NCBI GenBank assembly: GCA_963663965.2
Contig: CAXXFK010000031.1
Coordinates: 128,001 to 192,000, forward strand
Origin: Sedimentisphaerales bacterium
GTDB taxonomy: Bacteria > Planctomycetota > Phycisphaerae > Sedimentisphaerales > SM23-30
Length of the DNA: 64,000 nt
Direction: 5' to 3'
Part shown: in pieces, positions 12,500-23,574 of the stretch
Position numbering within the stretch: the first letter of the stretch is position 1
Layout: each line of letters starts with the position of its first letter
The notes under the pieces: generated by a model
What the model was told of the DNA's origin: nothing
Seen by the model: the letters and a program-made list of their open reading frames with translations, nothing else
The model's database searches: none
Made by a program: the position numbers and the translations under genes

Positions 12500-13336
12500 A
12501 TGTTAATCGATTGGTTCACGGTGGGAGCGCAGCTAGTCAACTTCGCCATCTTGGTGTGGTTGATGAAACGCTTTCTTTATCAGCCCATTCTCCATGCCAT
12601 CGATGAGCGGGAGAAGCGGATCGCCGCGGAACTCGCGGACGCCGGCGCCCAAAAAGCTGAGGCCCAAAAGCAGAGCGACGCCTTTCAGATCAAAAACGAC
12701 GCGTTCGAACAACAGCGCGCCGCGCTCTGGAGCAAGGCGACCGTCGAGGCGAAGGCCGAACGACAGCGGCTCCTTGACGAAGCCCGGGATGCGGCGGCGG
12801 CGCTGCGTTTAAAACAACAGGAAACGCTGAAAACTGACGCCCATAACCTGCAGCAAGCCCTCAGTCATAAAATACGGCAGGAAGTATTTGCCATCACGCG
12901 AAAAGCGCTGACGGATCTCGCCACGACGAGTCTGGAAGAACGCCTGGGGGAGGTGTTCACACGCCGCTTGGGCGAGATGGACGGCAAGGTGAAGGAAAGT
13001 CTGGCCGGAGCCTTCAAGACGGCGTCAGGCCCCGCCTTGGTGCGCAGTGCGTTTGAACTGCCCGCAGAGCAACGAGCAGCGATACAAAATGTGCTCAATG
13101 AAACCTTGGCGGCCGACATTCCCGTTCGGTTCGAAACCGGGCCAGACCTGATCGGCGGGATCGAACTGACTACAAATGGACAAAAGGTGGCATGGAGCAT
13201 TGCGGATTACCTCGCGGTGATGGAAAAGGATATTGATGAATTTCTGAAGGAACAGGACAAACCCATAGTCCCAGCCAAACCCAAACCGACAGTGCCGGAA
13301 CCAAACAGTGTCGCCGCAGCATCCGGCTTCAAGTAA
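12500..13336 (+). CDS. atpF: N-ATPase subunit b with delta-like C-terminal extension
   Basis: MLIDWFTVGAQLVNFAILVWLMKRFLYQP, coiled coil, C-terminal LIGGIEL...WSIADYL. Confidence 0.9.
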   Translation: MLIDWFTVGAQLVNFAILVWLMKRFLYQPILHAIDEREKRIAAELADAGAQKAEAQKQSDAFQIKNDAFEQQRAALWSKATVEAKAERQRLLDEARDAAAALRLKQQETLKTDAHNLQQALSHKIRQEVFAITRKALTDLATTSLEERLGEVFTRRLGEMDGKVKESLAGAFKTASGPALVRSAFELPAEQRAAIQNVLNETLAADIPVRFETGPDLIGGIELTTNGQKVAWSIADYLAVMEKDIDEFLKEQDKPIVPAKPKPTVPEPNSVAAASGFK

Positions 13337-13509
13337 AGATATACGCATCGCGTAGGATGATTCCTGGATCGCCCGGATTTAACTGTCTTCCACGCAATCA
13401 GTTATCTCACGGCGAAACGGTAAATCTCAATTGAGAGTATATCTTGGCCATCTTGTGCAATATTTCATTGGTAAGAGTCTAAAGAATCCAACCCTGAAAC
13501 GAACAATAA

Positions 13510-15153
13510 ATGAACATGGAACCCGAGAGTCTTCAGTGGGGTATTGACCGCGCATTTGCCGGAATTGGCAAGGTGCGGGAAGCGTTTACACCACAATTAA
13601 CCCCACGAGAGGTGGGTACGATTACCAGTATTGCCACCGGCATCGCCAAGGTTTCCGGGCTTCCCGGCGTTGGTTATGATGAATTGGTGAGCTTTCCCGG
13701 GAATGTGTCCGGTATTGCGTTCAATGTGGACGAGCATGAAATCGGCGTCGTTTTGCTGGGTGAATACTGGCGCCTCCAGGCGGGGGACGAAGTACAGCGC
13801 ACGGGCCGGGTCATGGATGTGGCCGTGGGCGATGGTTTGCTGGGGCGCGTCATCAATCCGCTCGGCGAGCCACTGGATGGCAACGGACCAGTGGTCGATG
13901 GCGAGCGCCTGCCCATCGAACGGGTCGCCGCCCCCATCATGGATCGCGCGCCTGTCAGAACACCCCTTCAGACCGGCATTAAAGTCATCGATGCGCTTAT
14001 TCCGGTTGGGCGCGGCCAGCGCGAGTTGATTCTCGGCGACCGCCAGACGGGCAAGACCGCCATCGCGATTGACACCATCATCAACCAGCGGGACCAGAAT
14101 GTCCTGTGCATCTATTGCGCCATCGGTCAGCGCGCGTCCGCCGTGGCGAAGGTTGTGGCAACCTTGCGGGGAAAGGGGGCCATGGATTACACCGTCGTCG
14201 TCGTAACCGAGGGCAATGATCCGCCGGGACTTGCTTACATCGCTCCGTACGCTGCGACCAGCATTGGGGAATATTTTATGGAAGCCGGCCGGGATGTGCT
14301 GATCGTTTACGACGATCTCACCCAACATGCCCGCGCTTACCGCGAACTGTCCCTTCTGCTCCGCCGGCCACCCGGACGCGAAGCGTTTCCCGGCGACATT
14401 TTTTATATCCACTCGCGGCTGCTGGAGCGTGCGACGCACTTGGGCAAGGAACTCGGTGGCGGCTCCCTGACCGCCATGCCCATTATCGAAACCGAAGCAC
14501 AGGATATCTCCGCCTATATTCCAACCAACTTGATCTCCATCACGGATGGGCAGATCTACCTTTCGCCCTCGCTGTTCGAATTGGGCGTCCTGCCTGCGGT
14601 GGATGTCGGGAAATCGGTTTCGCGCGTTGGCGGCAAGGCGCAACGATCAGCCTACCGTGCGGTCGCGGGTAACCTCAAGCTGGCCTATGCTCAGTTTGAG
14701 GAGCGCGAAATATTTTCCCGCTTTGGCGCCCGGCTGGATGACGAAGCCCGTCAGATTATCGAGCATGGACGGCGCATTCGCGCCTGCCTCAAACAGCCGG
14801 AATTCGCCCCGGTGTCCGTACCCGCGCAAATCGCCGTACTACTGGCATTGGCCACGGAACTCTTCGACCAAGTGCCTCTTGACCAGATGATGGACGCTGA
14901 GCATGCCGTGCATGAGGCGGCGGCGACCATTCCGGAGGATGTGGGCGAACGGCTGGATACCGTCGACGCTTTAAGCGACGAGGATCGACAAACACTTATC
15001 GGAATTGCCCGCCGGGCGCTCGAAAAATTCCAGCATAAGGAGGAGACGGTCGCGGAATATGTACATAAGACCAGGCAGGAGGGTGAAGAGAATATAAAAG
15101 CCAAAGATGAGCCAGAACCTGAGTTTAAGAGGGTGTCCGAGGAGAAGCCATGA
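13510..15153 (+). CDS. atpA: N-ATPase subunit alpha
   Basis: [35 protein letters not shown]. Confidence 0.95.
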   Translation: MNMEPESLQWGIDRAFAGIGKVREAFTPQLTPREVGTITSIATGIAKVSGLPGVGYDELVSFPGNVSGIAFNVDEHEIGVVLLGEYWRLQAGDEVQRTGRVMDVAVGDGLLGRVINPLGEPLDGNGPVVDGERLPIERVAAPIMDRAPVRTPLQTGIKVIDALIPVGRGQRELILGDRQTGKTAIAIDTIINQRDQNVLCIYCAIGQRASAVAKVVATLRGKGAMDYTVVVVTEGNDPPGLAYIAPYAATSIGEYFMEAGRDVLIVYDDLTQHARAYRELSLLLRRPPGREAFPGDIFYIHSRLLERATHLGKELGGGSLTAMPIIETEAQDISAYIPTNLISITDGQIYLSPSLFELGVLPAVDVGKSVSRVGGKAQRSAYRAVAGNLKLAYAQFEEREIFSRFGARLDDEARQIIEHGRRIRACLKQPEFAPVSVPAQIAVLLALATELFDQVPLDQMMDAEHAVHEAAATIPEDVGERLDTVDALSDEDRQTLIGIARRALEKFQHKEETVAEYVHKTRQEGEENIKAKDEPEPEFKRVSEEKP

Positions 15154-16043
15154 GCGATTCCACAGCGAGTCTGCGCCGAAAGATCGGTGGCGCCAGGGAT
15201 CTTCAATCCGTTGTTCGCACCATGAAGGCCGTGGCCGCCTCAAGCATCGGACAATACGAGAACTCGGTGCGGGCATTGGCCGACTACTTTCGCACGGTGG
15301 AACTCGGGTTGGGCGCTTGCCTGCGGGAAAGCGGGCCGCCCCCCCCGGTGGCAGAACGAAAAAGCCAATTGGGTACGCACGCGATTGGCGCGGTTGTATT
15401 CGGTTCGGACCAAGGACTGGTGGGACAGTTTAACGATGTGGTGACCGATTACGCGGTCGAGACGCTGGCGGCGCTGACCGCCAAGCCTGTGGTATGGGCC
15501 ATTGGCGAACGCGTTCATGCACGCCTGTCGGACGCGGGCCTTCCATTGACAGGACTTTTTACCGTACCGAGCTCCGTAAAGGCCATCGTTCCGCTCGTTG
15601 GCCAGATTATCATAGAAAGCGAAATTCGCCTTAACCAGGGTGAAATCGCCGAACTCCTTCTTATCTATAACCGTCCGGTGTCCGGAGCCGTTTATACGCC
15701 CATAGTCCAATATCTGTTGCCGTTGGACGAAAAATGGCAAAGCAAACTGGTGGCACTGCCCTGGCCGACAAAAAGCCTACCCGAGGCGATGGGGGGTGGT
15801 ATCGAACCCCTGCGGGCGTTCATTCGCGAATATCTGTTTGTCTCGCTTTTCCGCGCGTGCGCCGAATCTCTTGCCAGCGAAAATGCCAGTCGCTTGGCGG
15901 CGATGCAACGCGCTGACAAAAACATCGACGAATTACTGGAAGATCTCAACGGATCTTTCCATCGTTTACGCCAGAGTGGCATTGATGAGGAGTTGTTTGA
16001 TGTGATCTCCGGCTTCGAGGCGCTGAGCGGAAAGGAAAAATAA
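15150..16043 (+). CDS. atpG: N-ATPase subunit gamma
   Basis: [44 protein letters not shown]. Confidence 0.93.
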   Translation: MSDSTASLRRKIGGARDLQSVVRTMKAVAASSIGQYENSVRALADYFRTVELGLGACLRESGPPPPVAERKSQLGTHAIGAVVFGSDQGLVGQFNDVVTDYAVETLAALTAKPVVWAIGERVHARLSDAGLPLTGLFTVPSSVKAIVPLVGQIIIESEIRLNQGEIAELLLIYNRPVSGAVYTPIVQYLLPLDEKWQSKLVALPWPTKSLPEAMGGGIEPLRAFIREYLFVSLFRACAESLASENASRLAAMQRADKNIDELLEDLNGSFHRLRQSGIDEELFDVISGFEALSGKEK

Positions 16044-16181
16044 TATCAATGGCCATAATGAGGGGTTTGAGTAATAATGGCACGGACAGCGATGTTCATG
16101 GCCAGGCGGATTCGACTTTCACCCGGACTCTTGTGTTTTCAGGGTATCCAATTGCACCGCAATCAGTGAAAGCTCCAAAGA

Positions 16182-16421
16182 TCAACCGCCATTATCCTGA
16201 CTCTTTGCCCATTTGATAGCATACCGGAGCAGATCCGCGGCATTCAACAAATCCAGCTTTTCCCGGATGCGCAAGCGATATGTTTCGATGGTTTTTGGGC
16301 TCAGAAAGAGTTTTTTGGCGATCTGGGTGGTCTTACTGCCTTCACCGATCAGACGGAATACCTCGATTTCCCGGTCGCTTAGCGTTTCGATCGGCGTTTT
16401 GGCCGGGCATACGCCATCGCG
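16182..16421 (-). pseudogene. C-terminal LuxR-type HTH of a NarL-family response regulator; receiver domain missing
   Basis: Not in the ORF track. My minus-strand translation gives ...TPIETLSDREIEVFRLIGEGSKTTQIAKKLFLSPKTIETYRLRIREKLDLLNAADLLRYAIKWAKSQDNGG*, with no start codon. Confidence 0.85.
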
Positions 16422-16422
16422 A

Positions 16423-17398
16423 GCGATGGCATGAACCTGGTGGGCGAGCAGGGCAAAGGCGAAAGCGTCTGGCTGGGATTTTTTCTATACGATGTTCTCA
16501 TGCGCTTCGCTGAACTGGCCCGTGCGCATGGGGATGAATCATTCGCTGAAACTTGCACCCAGGAAGCGGCGGGGTTAAGCCGTCAGATCGCGAGACCCAT
16601 GGCTGGGATGGCGGTTGGTACCGTCGTGCTTACTTCGATGATGGCACCCCACTGGGTTCGTCCAACAATATCGAATGCCGGATCGATTCGATTGCGCAAA
16701 GCTGGTCGGTACTGTCAGGTGCGGGCAATTCCGAACGGGTGCGTCTGGCCATGGACGCGATGGATGTGCACCTCGTTCGCCGTGAGCATGGGCTGATCCA
16801 ACTGCTGGCTCCGCCCTTCGACAAGTCACCGCTGAATCCCGGTTATATTAAAGGCTATGTCCCTGGCGTGAGAGAGAATGGCGGCCAATACACGCATGCA
16901 GCCATATGGGCGACGATGGCCTTTGCGCGTCTGGGTGACAATCGACGCGCCTGGGAGCTTTTCAACATGATCAATCCGGTGAACCATGCCAGATCGGCCC
17001 GGGAGATCGCCATCTACAAAGTGGAACCCTATGTCGTAGCGGCCGATGTCTATGCCGTGGCGCCACATACCGGTCGGGGTGGCTGGACCTGGTACACCGG
17101 TTCTGCCGCCTGGATGTACCGGCTGATCGTCGAATCGCTCCTGGGACTCAGCTTGGAAGTGGATAAACTACGATTTACACCCTGTCTCCCAGCAGATTGG
17201 GAGGGCTTCAAACTCCATTATCGCTATCGGGAGACACTTTACCATATCGCTGTTCAGCAAGTACCGCCTGTAGAGCATATGATATGCGTAATCCTGGATG
17301 GTCATGAACTGTCCGATGAGACCATCCCGTTGGTTGATGACCGTAAGGAACATTGGGTCGAGTTAAAACTGCCTTTAGTGGACGGCACCGTTAAGTAA
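16423..17398 (+). pseudogene. C-terminal fragment of a GH94 phosphorylase (cyclic beta-1,2-glucan synthase/NdvB-type C-terminus)
   Basis: Starts mid-motif at DGMNLVGEQGKGESVWLGFFL (the family motif begins GDWN); WDGGWYRRAYFDDG, GVRENGGQYTHAA, GRGGWTWYTGSA. Frameshift near 16595; 5' part absent. Confidence 0.88.
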
Positions 17399-17442
17399 AA
17401 TTCATAACCATTTATTTGTCGTACGGTGCAAATACTCCGCGG

Positions 17443-17799
17443 CTAACTACTTGTCAATATGATAGTTGTTTTCAATAATTCTGTCTGTTGCGTGACCACC
17501 TTGCCCTCATGCCTCAAAAGCACCAACGCGATAAACCACCAGATCAGGTCTCGCTGGAGATTGTCAATCAGGGCCGGTATCTTGCGAAAATTCACCGGCT
17601 CCACCTCCAAGACTCCGGTGATATGAGCCTGATACCAGTGGTAATCGAACCGATTTTCCCGCTGCCAGGTCTCTGTAACTCCGGTACCCACCAATTCATT
17701 CGACACCGCTTCCAGGCCGGGAATTGCATTAAAATCAATTCCCGCCAGGGTAATCGCCTCCGACCGCTCGGGCAGGACCACAGATTTTTCCCACTCCAT
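17443..17799 (-). CDS. Hypothetical protein or gene remnant
   Basis: 118-aa ORF with protein-like composition; no family recognised. Confidence 0.25.
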   Translation of the reverse strand: MEWEKSVVLPERSEAITLAGIDFNAIPGLEAVSNELVGTGVTETWQRENRFDYHWYQAHITGVLEVEPVNFRKIPALIDNLQRDLIWWFIALVLLRHEGKVVTQQTELLKTTIILTSS

Positions 17800-17918
17800 C
17801 TATTGATGTCGCTGGCGTGTGTCGTTGTTCCGTGTCCTTTCGGCAAGGGTGAAAAATCTTAAAAATCCCCAAAATTGCCAGGCGGCGATTGGTGAGGGCA
17901 GATGGTTAGGTGGGAATA

Positions 17919-18763
17919 TCATGCCGGTGCACTTGCCTGGAGGGTTTTCTGGTAGTTCCAGGGTAGCCATTGGGCGGGTTCGGCGGTGAGGCGGGCCTGA
18001 TTTTTCTGCAATGCGGTCAGGTAGTCGAACGGATTGACCTCATTTAACTCACAGGTATGGATCAGACTCATATAGAAGTCACCCACCCGGGCCCCGGTCT
18101 CGGTCTTATAAAAGTAGGCGTTCTTGCGATGCAGAATCGCCTTCTTCAACGCCCGTTCACAGATATTATTGTCCAGCGGCGCGCCCGGCTGGCGCAAAAA
18201 CAGCGTCAGTTCCTGCCAGTGGTTCTGCATATATTGGATCGCCTCGCCCAGCGAACTGTTGGGCTCCACCAATCGCTGATCGATCTGCTCATGCAGCCAG
18301 GCTTCCAGCTCCGCCATCTTCGGACCACTGTATTGCTGATGCCAGGATAATCGTTCCTCGTCCGTTATCCCTTTCGCCTCGTCATCGATGCGATAGACCT
18401 CTTTCAAAAGCTCCAGCACATACCGGCATTCATCCGGGAAGCTGACGGCCGCCTGCACAAAGCCACGCCGGCCATGGACCAGGCAATGGCCCACGAGCGT
18501 CTTCATCTTCTCGGGCAGGTTGCGGCTCAAGGCATCGCACATCTGCAACGGCTTATCCAGACGCTCATCGCGCCGGCGCAGCAGCTCGGCCAGGTTCTCA
18601 CCGGCGTGCCGACGGCCGGTAAAGAACAACGCAATCCGTTTGTTGTCAACCGACACCGAGATGATGCCGGAAGTAAACAGCCCTTTGCGGCCCGACAGCG
18701 GATCCGGCGGATTTAAGATCTTCATGCCCGTGTCGTCGTTGTGAAGCGTTTTACCCTGAGCCG
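17919..18763 (-). mobile_element. 5'-truncated IS66-family transposase
   Basis: AQGKTLHNDDTGMKIL, MCDALSRN, CLVHGRR, PLDNNICERALKKAILHRKN, WLPWNY. The N-terminal half is replaced by the LamG gene at about 18763. Confidence 0.85.
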
Positions 18764-21700
18764 TTTAGCGTTGCTCCGCCGTATATTATCCCATTATTTC
18801 CCTCGATACTGTCATAAGCGGTTGTTCCGCTTTGCTCGTCAAAAGTCCAGCGACCCACGAGCCCCGGATTTGCAGGAACATATTCAGTTAACCATTGGTT
18901 TAACAGTATCTCGAGGTCATTTACATCGACAACTCCATTCTTATTAAAATCACCCGGACCAGGGGTTATAGCTTTTCCTTCAGCGGATACACCGGTTTCG
19001 TTGCCGTATTTATCCCTCATTTTAACTGTATATGTATACTCGTAGCCGGGTTCCAGACCTGTATCATTATAAATTGGATCGGTTTGCCAACCGCTGCCAT
19101 TACCGCCGGGATTGCCGCTTGTCTCATCGAAATAGTATTCGATACCTCCGCTTGCATCTGTGCCCATTTCAGCAGCCATTGTGATTTCTGTTCCACCAAG
19201 TGCATGCGGACCAGAGGCCCATTCAGCGGGATCGGGTGTCGGCGGCTGATTGTCACCTAAATTGAATCTATCGGAAATAGTTATATCCTTTATTCTTCCA
19301 TCAAAATAATACTTGTTGCTTCCCGTGTCCATTGCAAATCCGATTCTGTAATTCTTGCCTGCTACATCATTTTGTGTTGCTGTATAGGTCCTCGAAGCCT
19401 TCAAAACATCGTCAACATAAAGCTCGGCAAAGCTACCGTTAAAACCGACCATGATCTTTTGCCACTGCCCTAAAGTTATATAAATACCCGTTCTCCAGAA
19501 GCCGATATTTTCAAGCCTGACTAGAATCTCTCCGTTATCAAGACCAAAGCCGGTTCCTTCGAAACTGCCGTCTCTTTCATCAGTACAATCGAGAATTCCT
19601 TCGTAGTAGCCTACATCATCCGAAGTATCAGGATAAATCGAGGCCTCAAGGACACGCTCGATCCCGTTATGAACACCAGATTGAGCCTCTGTAGTTAAAC
19701 CGTCAAAATCCTGAGAGGAATTATAGTAAAATACACCAATGGTATCTCCGCACCTGCGTATTTCATTGGCGATTTCATCTGCAGTTAATGCCACGTTATA
19801 AAAACGTACATCTTCGATGTCACCAGTGAACAGGTTGCCGCCCCAGTCTCTACCGACATAGAAGGCTTCCGGCTGGGTATAGTTGTTCGAACCGAGGACA
19901 TCATCGGGAACCAGTGTTATTGCGGATGAATCTTCGGGTGTACCGCCATTTATATAAAGTGCTCCCTGGCTGCCGTCAAGTGTTATTGTAATATGCGTCC
20001 AAGAGCCTGTCGGGATTATCGATGATGATATAAGTGGCTGGTTGTTGAACTGTCGGTAATTGTAAATCTTGCATAACCTGAGGCGTCAAGGGCAATTTGG
20101 AGATATTTAGAAGCAGAGCTTCCCATAAACAGGACCGGAACATTGGTATTATTAGCAGGTTTTACCCAAAGGCCGAAAGTGCCATCGGTTAAGTCGCAAA
20201 GGCTGCGATCCAAAACCATATAATCATCGATTCCGTCAATCCTTAAAACCTTGCTGTTCATATCAAGGTCGGTGACACGCTGCGGACCGCCTCTTAATAG
20301 AGCGTGCTGAGCACCGAATTCGTCCCAGCAGACCTGGCCTTCAGATTCCTCAATTCTGTAGGATGCAATGAGCCCGCGGGTTTTTTTCTTCGTAACAACA
20401 TAGAAATCCATGTACCATCCACCCCACGGAATATGGCTGAAATGAACGCCGTCCAATACAGATTCTGCAGAAGAATAATCGTAACCGAGAATGGCTGTTC
20501 CTGAAACAGTGGTATCCCTGGGCAGACAAACACCACGTGCAATACCGTTGTCCTTGACATTCGTCGAGCCGTACGTATGGGAGTAATCTTCAACAAGACC
20601 ATTTCCTTCAATAATGCAATTATCCTGCAGAATTGCCCGGTCGCGGACTTTGGCGTTATTTCGGACAATTGCATTATTTCTCACAGCAGCATAACCTGAA
20701 ACAACAGCATTATCCCTGACAGTTGCATTTTCCATAACAACCGCATAATCTTCGATTCGTGCATAGTTATAAACCTTGGCGGTTCCGAGTACCATGGCGT
20801 TGGGCCCCACGTATGCAGTGCTGTTGACGGTAGCTGTATTATCGACCCATCCGCCGCCGTTGGAATGTGTATGCCCGGCCCCCTTAGACCAGCCCAACTG
20901 CCTTTTTGCTGGCGTTGCTCCGACGATTCTGACTTCGTAGGCATAGTGCAGCCTGTCATAATGCTTGTCTGGTGGAAATCTGTTATCGGGATATTCGAGA
21001 TTGAGTGACGTATCGCTTGGTGTCGCCACAACAACAATAAAAACCTTTGTCTCGCCGGGATTAAGGAGCATAGAATGAGTTCCAGGCTCCCACAGGTCGC
21101 TGAAACGCACGCTGCCGCCGGTATCCACAGCAGCAAGTGACCATCGCCAGCCCTCGGTGCCACCCAGTAAATCAAAACCCTGCAGCTCAACCGTAACATT
21201 CGTATCGGTCGGCTCAAGCTCATGATACATATAACCAAATTTTTCAGGCGCTCTTTCGAATGGTACTCTCCACCAACCAGGCCTGTCCTGGGTGGGGATT
21301 AAAAGAGAGCCTGTAACATAATCATGCCAAGCTTTATCATTGGCGGTTGACCACAGTTGATTCTTGAATTTATCGCCGTCAGCAAAATCGAGGAAAGGCC
21401 AGTGACGCAAGCCAAAAGCCACAACATTCTCCACCTCATAATCTTCAGGCAAGAAACCTTTTAGCTTGTCATAGACCGTTTGGTTGCTTATTCCATCAAA
21501 CCACAATTGTGCTACAACGTTATAGTTAAGCCCGATATCGTCGGCATAATCCTGCAAGGCCTGGTGAATCCTGAAATCCCGATAAATCAGACGGCCGTGG
21601 TCCTGACGCAAATTTGACATCTCATAAATCTGGAGATCAAGCTGACACTGCTGATTGCTTGGAAACCGCTCGGCATAATGCATCTGCCAGGCTTGACGAA

Positions 21701-22733
21701 GGTAGTTGGCGTGTGACTCCCAGTGTCCGCCAGACAAGGAGTTTATCTGATGGCCGTCAAGAACATGACCAAACTCATGAGGAACAGGATTACCCCAGCC
21801 TTCATCCCATAATCCGCCTGCAGGAACGTTGAGCCAGCCAAAGCCGTTTCTGCCGCCCATCCAGAATCCACCGAACCAGGTTGTGTGATTTACCTTATAC
21901 CTATTGCCGTCCCGTCTCCATAAATCCCAGCTTTCAAACGGCTCATTAAAGCCAAGTTTTTTGCAGTAAACCTGGTAAGATTCTTCAATCATCCGCAGTA
22001 CCCGTCTGCCCATCACCTGTGGATTAAGAGCGGGATCGATTGTGTAGGATGCCGGAGACCACCAGAATACAGCGTGCTTGGATTCTATATAGTTGCAGTC
22101 AGCAAGTGTTTCACCCTCTGCCAATCCTATATCAGTATTGACCATAAGAATATCGTCCGGCAGGTCACCGATTTCAACATAATCAATGTAAAATGTCTGC
22201 CTGTTGCCTGAATTACCGAGGGGAAATATTTTCATGTCTGTCAGCGAATCCCGCCACCAGACAACCAGTCCCAGATCGAGACGGTATGTATGCCAATCAC
22301 CATCTTTGGGGATATTCGCGTCCGGAATCTGAAATTCTCTGTTTGTGGCAAAACCTCCGTTTACAGTAGTGCCGAAGTATAAAACGATATCATCATTAAA
22401 TGATGCAGGAACCTTTATTCTTATTTGGAGATAATCGAAAAAACCAAAGTCCAGGTCTGGCCCTGCTATACCTGTTTTCTGAATGCTGGAATTGATTGCT
22501 GCTCCGATGCCTGTAATATAACCGCCCGTTGAGCTTAAGCCTGATATATTGTTTCCTGTCCAGCCATCGAGATTTCCGGGTGTTGCCCATTCACCTAAGA
22601 CTTCAGAATTCATTAGTCTGTCCGGCGGGTCAACATTAATTAATATCTCGTTATCAGCTAATAAAAGGCTGTCTATTGCTGCAAAAACAAATAAAACACA
22701 AATTGCAGATATCAGTTGGCCTGATTTTATCAT
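18751..22733 (-). CDS. Large secreted multidomain protein: HExxH (DUF6055-like) domain, hexapeptide beta-helix, LamG domains, FN3-like and dockerin-like modules; frameshift near 20025, 3' end truncated
   Basis: Signal peptide; VPHEFGH...HWESHANY; hexapeptide repeats (VNSTAYVGPNAMVLGTAKVYNYARIEDYA); LamG motifs (YFDGRIKDITI, LVGRWTFDE); dockerin-like GDFNKNGVVDVNDLEILLNQWL. Joins ORFs 20016..22733 and 18751..19794. Confidence 0.75.
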
Positions 22734-22744
22734 TCATAATCTCC

Positions 22745-23047
22745 TGAAAAATATCGCTACCCAGACTTCGTGCGGCAGTTGCATTGTGATCATGAAATTG
22801 CAGTGCACTGATCAGGCAAACCACGCCTTGGGGAAACTTGCTGTACACCTGAATAATTCCATGATATTCTGTTGGCTGATAATTCTTGTCTGCATAAACA
22901 TTTCTGGAGAGCCTTATAATCTTTTTATCCCGGTAGAGCCGATAGAGTATTTTGTGGAGAAATGCCTTGCTTCTCAAAATCTCGAGGTTTTATGACGCCT
23001 TATCGAGACAGCAGTTTCAGTATTATTTTCTGTCTTTCTGTTGTCAT
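22745..23047 (-). pseudogene. Degraded type IV toxin-antitoxin AbiEi-family antitoxin/transcriptional regulator
   Basis: Pieces MTTERQKIILKLLSR*GVIKPRDFEKQGIS / ILYRLYRDKKIIRLSRNVY...FPQGVVCLISALQFHD / TMQLPHEVWVAI; one stop, two frameshifts, truncated. Confidence 0.7.
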
Positions 23048-23209
23048 ATTACACAATCCATATAGAATACACATAATGATAAGTGTATGCATATTCTATT
23101 GTCATAATATGTCTAAGACAATAAGAAAATCCTATGGTTTTGGCAATTCCAGTCTGGATTTCAATAACTGGAACCAGGATGGGGGAATCGATAATTTGGG
23201 CTGGATAAC

Positions 23210-23240
23210 ACGGGATCCTCACGGGAGTAATACGGGAGTA
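23210..23240 (+). repeat. Three ACGGGA direct repeats at 11-bp period (putative integrase arm-type sites, type A)
   Basis: acggga at 23210, 23221 and 23232, about 125 bp upstream of the tmRNA 3' fragment. Confidence 0.6.
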
Positions 23241-23363
23241 TTTGGGAGGAAAAACCTGGCAAAATGTGAAAAAACGTGATAAATTATGAGAATATTTAAA
23301 TGCCTGCAAAAAAGAGACTTATCTCGTATTTCATTACAATGCAAGGACTTATAAAAAGGCTAT

Positions 23364-23391
23364 GACGGGGGTTCGACTCCCCCCGCCTCCA
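23364..23391 (+). ncRNA. ssrA: tmRNA (ssrA) 3'-end fragment; att junction, not a full gene
   Basis: GAC-GGGGG-TTCGACT-CCCCC-CGCCTCC-A: a T-arm plus an Ala-type (G3:U70) acceptor 3' strand, preceded by GAC as in tmRNA. No 5' half upstream and no CCA. Confidence 0.8.
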
Positions 23392-23463
23392 GTGCCATGA
23401 AATGGCGTAAGTGTTTTCGAAATAACATCTTACATCATATCGTCGTGTGCCAGTAATTATTTA

Positions 23464-23484
23464 GTACACACATTTAGCACACTT
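23464..23484 (+). repeat. Putative integrase arm-type site, type B (left end of island)
   Basis: gtacacacatttagcacactt matches 46404-46424 at 20 of 21 positions; two (A/G)CACAC units 11 bp apart. Confidence 0.65.
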
Positions 23485-23574
23485 AATCTGTCAAAGGAAC
23501 AACTCAAATACTCGTTTAAACATAAAAAAACGGGGTTTCTCTGCAATTTAACACGAGTAGAAATTCTTTTACCC

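Noticed and set aside
13597..14643. 348-aa minus-strand ORF (likewise 47201-48220, 11700-12413, 6947-7636)
   Set aside because: Antisense shadows of GC-rich genes (atpA, the esterase, atpB/E, xfp).
23364..23391. Complete tRNA-Ala or tmRNA gene
   Set aside because: Only the T-arm and 3' acceptor strand are present; there is no matching 5' GGGGGCG strand, D-arm, anticodon arm or tag frame upstream.
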